Source: a virus | Reading direction: 5' to 3' (one strand) | DNA length: 64,000 nucleotides | Virus record (IMG/VR): IMGVR_UViG_3300026544_000001 | Coordinates: 60,677-124,676 of that record | Part shown: positions 11,351-20,686 of the stretch, piece by piece | Position numbering within the stretch: the first letter of the stretch is position 1 | Layout of the letters: the number at the start of each line of letters is the position of its first letter | Translations under genes and position numbers: made by a program | Notes under the pieces: model-generated | What the model was told of the DNA's origin: nothing | Seen by the model: only the letters and a program-made list of their open reading frames with translations | Database searches by the model: none

Positions 11351-12100
11351 ATGAGCTATAGACGTAAATTATTATATGAATTTAAAACAAAAGATAGCAC
11401 TGGGTTAGACCTTATACCTACGAGTGCTATGGTAGTAGTTATTGACTATAATGGTAAATATACTCAATTTATAAAAACAGGAGCTATAGAAGCTGATACA
11501 ACTATAGAAAATGCTATTTCTGATAATAACTTAGTACGTTTATTAAGTGTTAAAGATGGTGAATTAAGTGAAATCAACTTTACTCAAACTAAGAGTGACA
11601 AGTTAGATAGCACAGACAACCCTCATGGTGTTACTAAAGCTCAAGTAGGATTAGATGCTGTAGACAATACTGCGGATGTAGATAAACCAGTAAGTACAGC
11701 ACAACAAGACGCTTTAGACCTAAAAGTAGATATAGCTAATGTAATAGATGACCTAACTCATACAGATACAGATAAACCATTAAGTGCTAACCAAGGTAAA
11801 ATATTAAATGAAGCTATTGTTACGCTGAACGGTGATGATACTATTTCAGGATCAGTAGATACTAAAGTAAAAGTAGTAAATGATAGAGTAACAGAGTTAA
11901 AAACTACATCTGTATTAGTTGTAGCTACAGAAGATGGAGATCTAGAAGTTACTATAGGTAATACTGATGGTGAGCCATTAACAGTTATGTTAGAAGGATA
12001 TCCATTAGATACAGATGGTTATACTAGAACTGATACTACAGTAACAGTACAAGATGTAAAAGAAAATGAACAAGTATACGTTATAGCTCATAACGGATAA
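11351..12100 (+). CDS. Virion fibre/appendage protein
   Basis: Contains the NPHGVTKAQVGLDAVDNTADVDKPVSTAQQ and KPLSANQGKIL motifs common in phage fibres. The N-terminus is shared with the next gene. Confidence 0.65.
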   Translation: MSYRRKLLYEFKTKDSTGLDLIPTSAMVVVIDYNGKYTQFIKTGAIEADTTIENAISDNNLVRLLSVKDGELSEINFTQTKSDKLDSTDNPHGVTKAQVGLDAVDNTADVDKPVSTAQQDALDLKVDIANVIDDLTHTDTDKPLSANQGKILNEAIVTLNGDDTISGSVDTKVKVVNDRVTELKTTSVLVVATEDGDLEVTIGNTDGEPLTVMLEGYPLDTDGYTRTDTTVTVQDVKENEQVYVIAHNG

Positions 12101-12123
12101 GCTAAACCCTTCCTGGGTTCAGC
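12101..12123 (+). terminator. Intergenic stem-loop
   Basis: GCTAAACCC-TTCCT-GGGTTCAGC with one mismatch, right after the stop codon. No strong U-tract. Confidence 0.35.
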
Positions 12124-12205
12124 AATAATCAATCAATAATTAGATACAATACAACCAACTAAGGAAACTTGGAAATAAACTGGGAGATAGTCCCGACAAG
12201 GAGAC

Positions 12206-15200
12206 ATGATGGCATATCGTAGAAAACCTATATATGAGTTCGAAGATGAGAACTCAGTAGGATTAGCAAATATACCAAATGGAAGTAAAGTAATAGTTAA
12301 GAACTATGAAGGTAAACCAAAGGAATTCACTAAGAGGGATGATAGTGGAATAATAGGTGCTACAGATACAGTAAAAGCAGTATTAGAAAGTAGTGCTACA
12401 CCAACAGGAGTAACAGAAGCTACAGAAGATAGAGACATGATACTGGATGCACAGTTCAATGGTTATGGGTATACTAAAAGAGTACCAAAGAAAGGTAGAT
12501 GGGAATCAACTGATATACCAAATACGCTTATAGATAAGACTTTAGATCCAATAAGATTTAGTGATGGGTTAATAGAAAGAACTGATGGTACAATAAGATT
12601 GCCTGATGCACCATTTGCTCCTCAACTAGAAACAACATTGACTTTAGACCAAGATGTATTTACAGCAACAGCTAATAAAGGTGAAGTGATACAAGCGGTT
12701 GAGGGTAGTGAGTTGGTTGTTAATGGTACGTTTGATGATGATAGTGCTTGGGCCCTAGGGGCTGATTGGGAAATTACTGATGGTGTACTTAGTTGTACGG
12801 ATTCTACACATGATACCCTCCAGGATATAGGACTACAGTTAGGGGTTAGTTATGTGCTATCGATAAACGTTACCTCATTTACTAAAGGTAGTTTCTACAT
12901 CAAAGAAGGGGCTAGTGGGGCATATGTACTATCGAACATTAAGTCGGTAGGTACCTATACTACAGTATTCACTGCCTCATCTACGGGGGACATACTACTG
13001 AGTATGGGTGGTGAGAGTACCTTTAGCTTAGACAACATCTCAGTCAAAGCTGTACCACAAAGGCTACAAGCACTGGAAGATGTAACAGATGAATTTGTGT
13101 TTAGTGATAAGTTCACTATATATGGTAATGATGAGTTATTAGACTATTCAGTTAATGGAGTAACTACACAAGAGTCACATAAGAGTGGGGATATCATTCA
13201 TGTAGGTAATGGTGCTGAGTTGGTGACAGGTGATAGTGCCACATTCACTGATGGTATAGGTGACTGGGAATTATTATCAGGTGATGCTATGACTCACGAT
13301 GATACAGCTAAAGTAGGTGTACTTGCGGCAGATACTTCTGTAACCCTCAAAGCCATCCCTGGTAAGGACCAAATTGATGTGGGATTTGGTTATATAGTGT
13401 CATTCACTCTAGGAAATATGACTAACCAGAGTGTGCAGTTATTTGCAGATGGGTCTGTTTCAAAGACTGTTACTACTAATGGAGTGCACACAGTAGCTAC
13501 CCATACCAATAATAATAGTAACATCTATATAATAGTAACAGCAGGTGATGCAGGGGCTACAGTAGACAACATCTCAGTAACACCAATAGAACAAACATAT
13601 CAAGCTTTAACAGATACAACAGCAGGTGATAAACTGAACACATCTAAATTCCAAAAGATAGATTATATCACTAGAACAGATGTTATACTACTTACTAAAA
13701 CTGGTTACAAAACATTCAAAGGTACACATTCGTTCGCTCCTCAAACAAGTAACAAAGAGATAGCTGAAGCATATGGGTTTAGTTGGAATAAAGGATTGAG
13801 TCAAGCTAGTAACTTAGAGGTTATTAATAGTAATGGTGAGTTAGAAGTAATAAGTGGTGAAGTTATTGTGAGTGGGTTAGTGTCGAGACTTGGAAATTAT
13901 GCATACCATCCAGTCTTTGGGGTTACTGGTGGGACACTTACATATGCTGAAAAATTAGATGGTAGTGGTGATAAAGATAATAGATATTGGTATAATACTT
14001 CATTAGTTAATACTGCTGAATCTATTTATGACTCAATATTATATACGGATACATATGCTAATCCAAGTATTGTAAATGGATTAAATAATGGTAGACCAGA
14101 CAGCAAATTCTACGACAAAATTTACTTCGATGGATTAGGTGGTATTAGATCAAAACTACCATATGCAATCAAACCAAATCTTACTGACTTACTAAAAGAG
14201 CAAGAGCAGTTACTGATAGGTGTTGATGATGATGCTGAGAGTAGTGGGGTGGAGTGTCTTGCCGTGGGTGATCTTGTTTACTCAGGAAACTATAATGATA
14301 TTAATTGCTCAGGACTGTATGTTGCTATTGGTGTTGATGATTATATAGTCGTATTAAACAAAAACTATATGTATTTCCCAGAAGGTACAATTATAGAATT
14401 TTCTAATATCAACGGTAAAGCCATACTTATTGCCAAAGCAAATGGAAGACTTAAGCGATTATATACATCTTCTGAATCTGGTGATTATGGTTTGCCTTGG
14501 GTAGGAAATACAAACCTTGGCAATACTAGTAAAATCACAAAAACAAACAAAGCACTCACAACAGCTGGAACAAATTTAACTATAGATTGTATAGGTGACC
14601 CATCACGTTATAAATCAATAGATACCACAACAGCACTACAGTCAGATTCAACAGATTCAGGTACAGAACTTAGACAAAATGCTCTAGTATGGGATATAGA
14701 CAATTCTAAGATGTATCAATACTTAGATACTGACGATAGGGATAATGTAGATATGACTGCTGAAGATTTTACTGATACAGCTAAGTATGAGTATGTTATA
14801 GGTAGGTATCCAAATTCGTGGATGAATAGACTAGATAGAGGATTGAGTTTAGGGTTTAATCCGTTGTTGATTTCGGATACTGGTGGCAACCTAATACCAG
14901 ATGGTATAAAAGATGATTTCAAATTAAGCACTAAAACAGTAGATATCTATGATGCGGTATATACAGATACTAGCGGTCTTACTTTTTCTAATACAGTAGT
15001 TGCGGGTAGCAATATTCAAAACACTATAGCATGGTCTAATTTAAGCCCTAAGCGAGTTGCAATTATACCTTACACCTCACTAAACCAACCACTACAACAA
15101 TCAACACCAAAACCTATAATAGTACCACCTACAAAGGTTATAGCAAACAGTAGTCACTCTTGGTATCAAGGTGGAGGATTAACTAACTGCGTAACTGGTA

Positions 15201-15982
15201 AAGTAGCTACAAATGATGGTAAAGGATTAGTGAGTAAAGTGGTTGAGGATTGTGAGGTGGGTATGTACACATATAAAGTATCTGATATTAAAAATGGTAC
15301 TGATTATACATTGATTCCTGGTGATATCCTACTAATAGATGTACCAATATCAGAAGTTAGTAATAGTAATACACCCTCTAGTATATACAAAGAATGGGTA
15401 TATGGTGATACTTATACTGTTAACTGGTTGTATATACAAAGTACTCAATGGGAGAATAGTATCTTATGGAAAAACGTGTCAACACCACAGCACGACACAA
15501 TCAACCTATCATCTTCAAACTCACCAGCTTCTAAGTCGTTAATATCACTTGGATTAGATGGTGATGAGTATGTTGTTCAGGTTATGGGTGAGGAGATGGT
15601 TTGGGATTTTGATGCTGATAGTGGAGGTGACGTGTTAGCTCTAGCTATTGACACGGATACGCTACTTACTACTGGTAAACTATTTATGGCGACCGGTTTT
15701 GACAACGCTGAGTTCAATAATAGAGTATTCAAATACCTTAATACAGATAATACTGTAAACTGGGATGCGGGGGAATGGGCTGATTACCACATAGCCGTTG
15801 ATGGTACAATCAAGCACTTTACAGGGAGTGACTACCCTGAATTTGAGCTATGGGATGGAAACGGATTTGGAGAATCAAGTCAATTCGAACAACTCACATC
15901 AGGTACGCGACTTGACGACAACGGAAACACAGTAAGAACATATTGTGGAATTAAAAGAACCGGAATAATGGTAGGAGAATAA
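12206..15982 (+). CDS. Mosaic tail fibre/adhesin with carbohydrate-binding-like domains
   Basis: 1258 aa. Two beta-sandwich modules (ELVVNGTFDDDSAW...LDNISVK and ELVTGD..F...IGDW...VDNISVT). AAGGAG RBS. Confidence 0.7.
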   Translation: MMAYRRKPIYEFEDENSVGLANIPNGSKVIVKNYEGKPKEFTKRDDSGIIGATDTVKAVLESSATPTGVTEATEDRDMILDAQFNGYGYTKRVPKKGRWESTDIPNTLIDKTLDPIRFSDGLIERTDGTIRLPDAPFAPQLETTLTLDQDVFTATANKGEVIQAVEGSELVVNGTFDDDSAWALGADWEITDGVLSCTDSTHDTLQDIGLQLGVSYVLSINVTSFTKGSFYIKEGASGAYVLSNIKSVGTYTTVFTASSTGDILLSMGGESTFSLDNISVKAVPQRLQALEDVTDEFVFSDKFTIYGNDELLDYSVNGVTTQESHKSGDIIHVGNGAELVTGDSATFTDGIGDWELLSGDAMTHDDTAKVGVLAADTSVTLKAIPGKDQIDVGFGYIVSFTLGNMTNQSVQLFADGSVSKTVTTNGVHTVATHTNNNSNIYIIVTAGDAGATVDNISVTPIEQTYQALTDTTAGDKLNTSKFQKIDYITRTDVILLTKTGYKTFKGTHSFAPQTSNKEIAEAYGFSWNKGLSQASNLEVINSNGELEVISGEVIVSGLVSRLGNYAYHPVFGVTGGTLTYAEKLDGSGDKDNRYWYNTSLVNTAESIYDSILYTDTYANPSIVNGLNNGRPDSKFYDKIYFDGLGGIRSKLPYAIKPNLTDLLKEQEQLLIGVDDDAESSGVECLAVGDLVYSGNYNDINCSGLYVAIGVDDYIVVLNKNYMYFPEGTIIEFSNINGKAILIAKANGRLKRLYTSSESGDYGLPWVGNTNLGNTSKITKTNKALTTAGTNLTIDCIGDPSRYKSIDTTTALQSDSTDSGTELRQNALVWDIDNSKMYQYLDTDDRDNVDMTAEDFTDTAKYEYVIGRYPNSWMNRLDRGLSLGFNPLLISDTGGNLIPDGIKDDFKLSTKTVDIYDAVYTDTSGLTFSNTVVAGSNIQNTIAWSNLSPKRVAIIPYTSLNQPLQQSTPKPIIVPPTKVIANSSHSWYQGGGLTNCVTGKVATNDGKGLVSKVVEDCEVGMYTYKVSDIKNGTDYTLIPGDILLIDVPISEVSNSNTPSSIYKEWVYGDTYTVNWLYIQSTQWENSILWKNVSTPQHDTINLSSSNSPASKSLISLGLDGDEYVVQVMGEEMVWDFDADSGGDVLALAIDTDTLLTTGKLFMATGFDNAEFNNRVFKYLNTDNTVNWDAGEWADYHIAVDGTIKHFTGSDYPEFELWDGNGFGESSQFEQLTSGTRLDDNGNTVRTYCGIKRTGIMVGE
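14711..14768 (+). repeat. 58-bp exact repeat, copy 1 (copy 2 at 51559-51616)
   Basis: ATGTATCAATACTTAGATACTGACGATAGGGATAATGTAGATATGACTGCTGAAGATT is identical at both sites and encodes MYQYLDTDDRDNVDMTAED. Confidence 0.95.
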
Positions 15983-15983
15983 G

Positions 15984-16754
15984 ATGACACAAATAACAAG
16001 AGTAATCAATAAGGGTAACCTGAAGGCAGCTGAGAAGCTTCTAAAGGTTGAGCTAGAGAAGCAAAACAGAACTAAGTTCAATAAGGAACTAAGAGAGGCA
16101 TATGAGTTAGCAGTACCCCAAACAAGAGTAGCTAACGATGAAGAGAAAGAGGCACAGTATGCTGATTACACTGAGATGTGTGAAGCAGCTGGAATTGAAG
16201 CAGAGATAGCTGCAGAGGACTATGAGTACTCAGAAGTAACTACAGAGCTAGATGAGGACTACATACCATACAGCACTTGGTCAACAGCTAAGGTACAGAG
16301 AGAGATGACAACTGAAGAAGAGGATAGCTACTACGAAGCTGATGAGTCAGAAGATAAACCAGCTAGAGCAGACTACGAGTTCCCAACAGTAGATACAGAA
16401 GAGCTAGTACACCCATATACAGGATTAACTACTGATGAACTAGAAGCTGGAGTAGTGGGGTATGGTCCACTAGCAGCTAAGAAGAAAGAACTAGAACTAG
16501 CTAAGGTAAATAAACAAGCTGAAGCCCTGTTAACTGAGTATCCTCAATATGAGAGAGATAGTTGGGATATACAAGAAGCAGAGGCGATAGCATACAAGGC
16601 TGATGATACAGCTAGTACTCCATTAATAGATGGAATAGTTGCAGCTAGAGGGTGTGACAAGTCTGAACTAGTAGATAAGATACTAGAGAAAGCTGGCTTG
16701 TTCAAACAAGCAATAGGTTATACTATAGGTCAAAGACAGGTGGTAGCAGGGTGA
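15984..16754 (+). CDS. Tail fibre assembly-like protein
   Basis: The C-terminal YP..ERDSW..QEAEA.AY......TPL.D.I..ARG.....LV.KI motif is typical of phage fibre-associated proteins. Confidence 0.65.
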   Translation: MTQITRVINKGNLKAAEKLLKVELEKQNRTKFNKELREAYELAVPQTRVANDEEKEAQYADYTEMCEAAGIEAEIAAEDYEYSEVTTELDEDYIPYSTWSTAKVQREMTTEEEDSYYEADESEDKPARADYEFPTVDTEELVHPYTGLTTDELEAGVVGYGPLAAKKKELELAKVNKQAEALLTEYPQYERDSWDIQEAEAIAYKADDTASTPLIDGIVAARGCDKSELVDKILEKAGLFKQAIGYTIGQRQVVAG

Positions 16755-17002
16755 TAGAATATATACTAGCTAAATTAAATATAGGTTTAAATGATAAAGT
16801 AATGCATGCTATGTATGGAACTATCATTTATTTAATGTTATTGTTAGTTATTTCACCTCTACAAGCATTAATAGGTATAACCATCATAGCAGTAGGTAAG
16901 GAAGTATATGACTACTTCAATAGTAGTATACATACACCAGATATGTATGATGCATTAGCTACAATAGTTGTACCATTGGTGCTAACAATTATTATAATAT
17001 AA
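16751..17002 (+). CDS. Small VanZ-like membrane protein
   Basis: Hydrophobic helices with DK..H, GKE.YD and D..DALAT motifs. Confidence 0.55.
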   Translation: MIEYILAKLNIGLNDKVMHAMYGTIIYLMLLLVISPLQALIGITIIAVGKEVYDYFNSSIHTPDMYDALATIVVPLVLTIIII

Positions 17003-17013
17003 AAGGATAAGAC

Positions 17014-17238
17014 ATGGGTTTTTGGCATGACATAGAAGAGAGTTTCAGTTTAAAGAGTGAGTTAAAAGATATACTAGCTAAGACTAGTACAGATACAATA
17101 GATGAAGATTATAATACATTTATATCTATGATGTATAGTGCTGGATTAACAGAAGGTACAGCTAATAACATATTAGAAGATGTAAATAAGACATTCATAG
17201 CTAAGGCAGAGGAATTAGGTTGTGTCTTCCCGAAGTAG
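17014..17238 (+). CDS. Hypothetical protein
   Basis: AAGGA RBS, 74 aa ORF. Confidence 0.55.
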   Translation: MGFWHDIEESFSLKSELKDILAKTSTDTIDEDYNTFISMMYSAGLTEGTANNILEDVNKTFIAKAEELGCVFPK

Positions 17239-17527
17239 AGATAGAGAGTACAGACAGTGGAGAGCTGCAGTAATACGTAGAGATAAAAGATGTGCGATAT
17301 GTGGTAGTAGAGCAGGTAGAACTGCTCATCACATAGACTGCTGGAGCTATCATCCTGATAAAAGATATGATGTAGATAACGGGGTTACACTATGTTCACA
17401 TCACCATGTTCTATTCCACTGTAGCTATAAGAATAGTTATAGAGAGGAGTGTACAAGAAAAGACTATGATAACTTCATAGAACTACTAACTAAAGAAAAA
17501 CTATATAATAACTTACTACAACAATAG
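17222..17527 (+). CDS. HNH endonuclease
   Basis: WRAAVIRRD..CAICG...TAHHI...DVDNGVTLC..HH..FH motif. Confidence 0.85.
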   Translation: MSSRSRDREYRQWRAAVIRRDKRCAICGSRAGRTAHHIDCWSYHPDKRYDVDNGVTLCSHHHVLFHCSYKNSYREECTRKDYDNFIELLTKEKLYNNLLQQ

Positions 17528-17562
17528 CGATAGTCGAACAGGCCCGCAAAGTGAGGCAAATA

Positions 17563-17586
17563 GGATGACTAAAGTAGTCATCTTCT
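17563..17586 (+). terminator. Putative rho-independent terminator
   Basis: GATGACTA-AAG-TAGTCATC (8-bp stem) followed by TTCT, at the end of the fibre operon. Confidence 0.45.
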
Positions 17587-17594
17587 AGTATACC

Positions 17595-17773
17595 AAATAG
17601 TTAAATAGTTCAGTGTTTAAAGTAGATTCATATTAAATAGTTGTTAAATATTACTGCTGACGTTAAATAGTTTAGTATTTAAGGGACTATTTAGACTATT
17701 TGGTTTTATCTCTAACTATTTAACAACTATTTGATTTTTATTTCCCTTATTTACTTAACTATTTAAACTATTT
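17595..17773. repeat. Dyad-symmetric iteron array (putative replication origin)
   Basis: AAATAGTT at 17595, 17603, 17635 and 17665 (variant at 17646). Inverted (A/G)ACTATTT at 17685, 17694, 17714, 17725, 17757 and 17766. Non-coding, directly upstream of the helicase operon. Confidence 0.75.
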
Positions 17774-17790
17774 AATAAATTGTATATGCA

Positions 17791-17832
17791 TACATATGTA
17801 TAAGGTACATATAAGTATACATATGTTATAAT
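17791..17832 (+). promoter_or_regulatory. Extended -10 promoter with TACATAT repeats (candidate operator)
   Basis: TGTTATAAT at 17824-17832. TACATAT at 17791, 17806 and 17818. AAGGAG RBS at 17848. Confidence 0.6.
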
Positions 17833-17859
17833 ACAACATAACAAATTAAGGAGTTTAAT

Positions 17860-18012
17860 ATGGAACAAGGTAAGAAGAAGGTATTATGGTTTAATGATTC
17901 ACAGTTAGAATTATTAGAAATGATAAAAGAAATAACAAATGAATCTAATAGTCTAATAGTTAGAAAAAGTATGTCATTATATTATGATACTATAAAAAAT
18001 AAAAAGAAGTAG
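17860..18012 (+). CDS. Small ribbon-helix-helix/CopG-like regulator (not in ORF track)
   Basis: MEQGKKKVLWFNDSQLELLEMIKEITNESNSLIVRKSMSLYYDTIKNKKK, 50 aa, with a strong RBS. Strand-helix-helix pattern with S.S.IVR. Confidence 0.55.
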   Translation: MEQGKKKVLWFNDSQLELLEMIKEITNESNSLIVRKSMSLYYDTIKNKKK

Positions 18013-18014
18013 CC

Positions 18015-18974
18015 ATGATGAATGACCTAACTACATTAGTAGAGGATAAATTAGAAGTAATAACATTAGACTACCTAGAGTCTTTAGGAGATATAGAAAT
18101 GTTAACAAATTTAGTACCTGATGGAATGTTAACTTGCATACATTCAGTAGGTGGACAAGGTAAAAGTACACTAATAGCTGCACATGTTGATACTATACTA
18201 AAAAGTAACAATAGTATAAAAGAAGCTATATGGTTAGATTATGATGCTGCTGTAAGACGTAATACTACATTATTTAAAACATTATTAACAGAACATAAGG
18301 AAAATATTAAAGTAGTTCCTGTATATACAGAAAACAGTATGAACAAACTAGATACTTATTTAAGTAAAAAAGATTTACACAGTACTGTTATTGTAGTAGA
18401 TGCTTTACAAGGTATGTGTAATAGAATGTCAGCAGATATCAATAAAGCTACGGATATGGGAACTGTTATGGATAAACTACGTGGTTACTGTGATAATGGT
18501 GCTACAGTTATTGTAATACATCATAGTAATAAACAGGATAAAGAAGGTTGGTCTAATTTTAGAGGTAGTGCAGTTATACAGGATTCTGTAGATAACCTAT
18601 ACCAACTAAGACAAGTTAAAAGAACAAATAATAAACTAACTGTTGAAGTTGATATATCACCAAAGTTTAGCTTCTCACTAGATGAATCAGGTGATATCAT
18701 AAAGGAGTATACTATAGCTAAAGATTTAAGCTATAATGGATCTTATAAACCTTGTAAATGGACAGACAACCAAATACAATTAGCTAAAGCTATAGTAACA
18801 AATTCAGAGATGACATCATTACTTAAAGCAGAAATAGAAGTTAAATCTAAATTGAAATTTGGATTAAATAAAACAAAAGAATTGATTAAGTATATGCTTG
18901 AAACTAAAATAATAGATAAAGTAAAAGTAGATACTAATAGATATATTTACATACTACCAGGAGAAATAGCATGA
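18015..18974 (+). CDS. RepA/AAA_25-family (SF4-like) helicase/ATPase
   Basis: Walker A SVGGQGKST, Walker B VIVVDAL, and VIVIHHSNK...FRGSAVIQD motifs of RSF1010 RepA-type helicases. Possible C-terminal winged helix. Confidence 0.8.
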   Translation: MMNDLTTLVEDKLEVITLDYLESLGDIEMLTNLVPDGMLTCIHSVGGQGKSTLIAAHVDTILKSNNSIKEAIWLDYDAAVRRNTTLFKTLLTEHKENIKVVPVYTENSMNKLDTYLSKKDLHSTVIVVDALQGMCNRMSADINKATDMGTVMDKLRGYCDNGATVIVIHHSNKQDKEGWSNFRGSAVIQDSVDNLYQLRQVKRTNNKLTVEVDISPKFSFSLDESGDIIKEYTIAKDLSYNGSYKPCKWTDNQIQLAKAIVTNSEMTSLLKAEIEVKSKLKFGLNKTKELIKYMLETKIIDKVKVDTNRYIYILPGEIA

Positions 18975-19624
18975 ATCAGATAAAAGTGACAGTTAGTGGT
19001 ATACTAGATTACTTAGGTATAGTAGGGATTAATCGTAGAATGTTTAGCGAAATGCTAAGTAAATACAATCTACCAGAAGAACGTCACTGTGGGTTTACTG
19101 TATATACAATTCCAGATGACCTACTGTTCAATCTATGTGTAGATAATAACCTATATTGTATGCTTTCTAAGAAGGATCAAGTTGATATGAATTATAAACT
19201 TAAAGACTACAGTGACGATATTGAACGAAGTGTTTCTAGACGTAATAGAAGTAAAAATCAAACTAGTTCTTACTACCACCCTAAATATTTATACATATTT
19301 GGTCTTATGCGTAATAACCAACAAACAGATCTAATTAAAGTAGGAATAAGTAATGCAGTTGAACATAGAATGATCTCTCTTAGTAATAGTTGGAGTCCTA
19401 TAGGAGTTAGTTTTTACCTTAAATACAAGACAACAGTAAAGGTAAATAAAGCAGAACCTATAGAAAAAAGTATACATAGGATATTAGAGTCGTTCGGTTA
19501 TAAATATGAAGCAAAACATAAATATACAGGATACTCTGAATTATTTAGAGATAATGATCTTGTGTACGATATTGTTAGAAGCATAAACAAACAGGCTACT
19601 ATTAATATTAATAGTAGCATATAA
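18971..19624 (+). CDS. T5orf172/GIY-YIG-like domain protein
   Basis: YLYIF...IKVGIS...HR...L...AE.IEK.IH...GYSELF motif. Confidence 0.7.
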   Translation: MNQIKVTVSGILDYLGIVGINRRMFSEMLSKYNLPEERHCGFTVYTIPDDLLFNLCVDNNLYCMLSKKDQVDMNYKLKDYSDDIERSVSRRNRSKNQTSSYYHPKYLYIFGLMRNNQQTDLIKVGISNAVEHRMISLSNSWSPIGVSFYLKYKTTVKVNKAEPIEKSIHRILESFGYKYEAKHKYTGYSELFRDNDLVYDIVRSINKQATININSSI

Positions 19625-19782
19625 ATTCTAGGAATATCAGATGATAACAACTATAAAATAAGCGATATCCTGATAGAGATGTTAAGTAATGAACCAGGAG
19701 GTAGTCTACTATGTAGCGATGATGTTGTATACATAATTAAAATGGTAGAAAAAGATTATATAATAGTAGATAAGGAGAAATA

Positions 19783-20106
19783 ATGAAAAAGTATATAGAT
19801 GTATTTAATAACTATGGAGTAGAGATTACTGATAAGATAAAAACGTACAATAAGATAATCAAAGAGTATGATTGGATAGGTTGTGCAGGTCAAGTAGATG
19901 GTACTAACAGCAGAGGTAGAACCACAAAGATAGAAACCCCAGATGGACAAATAAGGATAGTTATATACTACAATGGTGAAGTATCTGTATTAGCTCATGA
20001 AGCATACCATGCAATGATGTATATAGCAAATCTGCATGATATACAGGATGAAGAGTTTATAGCGTATGGGGTACAAAAAATAATAAAAGAAGTAATGGAG
20101 AAATAA
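19783..20106 (+). CDS. Small HExxH metalloprotease-like phage protein
   Basis: VLAHEAYHA...DEEFIAY motif. AAGGAG RBS. Confidence 0.6.
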   Translation: MKKYIDVFNNYGVEITDKIKTYNKIIKEYDWIGCAGQVDGTNSRGRTTKIETPDGQIRIVIYYNGEVSVLAHEAYHAMMYIANLHDIQDEEFIAYGVQKIIKEVMEK

Positions 20107-20405
20107 TGAAAAGACCAGTAGGAAGACCAAGAAAAGATAGAGTTAAAATAGGCTTGTCAATATATAAAGAAGCTAATAATCAGTTAACAGAGTTAGCTGA
20201 TAAAGAAGGTAAGACTAAGAGTGCATACATAGAAGATCTGATAAGCAATGCATATGAGATGGAAAAGATTGCAGTACTTACACAGGAAGAACTTATTAGG
20301 TTCTGGGAAGAAGAGAAAGAAGTATGTGAAGCTAGAATAGGTAAGATGGAAGAAGTAGGTACAGATCAGTACTTCGATCTAGATGCGATAGGAGAAAATA
20401 GATGA
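20106..20405 (+). CDS. RHH/CopG-like DNA-binding protein
   Basis: N-terminal GRPRK hook followed by KIGLSI...L.ELA...GKTKSAYIEDLI. Confidence 0.65.
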   Translation: MKRPVGRPRKDRVKIGLSIYKEANNQLTELADKEGKTKSAYIEDLISNAYEMEKIAVLTQEELIRFWEEEKEVCEARIGKMEEVGTDQYFDLDAIGENR

Positions 20406-20686
20406 ATATAGAACTAAAATTAAAATTTGCTTGGTTACCAAAAATAACTAGTAATGATGAAAAGATATGGCTAGGTTGGTATGTGTCAGCAGTACAAACA
20501 AGAATTAGTTATACATATGAAGATAACATAGGTGCTTTACCTGAAGAGGTATCAGAAGAAATATACTCATGGTACAATCCAGATTCAATAGGTTATGACT
20601 ATGATATTATAGATGCAGAAAATTGGGGTGTAGCTAACCTAAACAGATCAGTTAGATTTACTTACCCTTGGAGTACCTCATGTTAG
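20402..20686 (+). CDS. Hypothetical phage protein
   Basis: FAWLP...IWL.WY motif seen in small phage proteins. GGAG RBS. Confidence 0.5.
   Translation: MNIELKLKFAWLPKITSNDEKIWLGWYVSAVQTRISYTYEDNIGALPEEVSEEIYSWYNPDSIGYDYDIIDAENWGVANLNRSVRFTYPWSTSC

Noticed and set aside
17528-17562. Possible c-di-GMP (GEMM) riboswitch because of CGCAAAG, and GGTCTAAG at 46734
   Set aside because: The P1/P2 architecture and the GNRA tetraloop/receptor pairing could not be built at either site. An Rfam search would settle it.
17563-17586. N4 virion-RNAP hairpin promoter (3-nt loop)
   Set aside because: The loop and closing pair (A-AAG-T) do not match the C-GNA-G template hairpin of N4 promoters, and its position after a late operon fits a terminator better.
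17595-17773. CRISPR array or mini-array
   Set aside because: The repeats are only 8 bp, occur in both orientations and are irregularly spaced. There is no 25-40-bp repeat/spacer periodicity and no cas gene.
19625-19783. Stop-codon readthrough or alternative genetic code (frame stays open after the TAA of 18971-19624)
   Set aside because: This is an isolated case. All conserved genes translate full-length with code 11, and TAA, TAG and TGA all act as stops.
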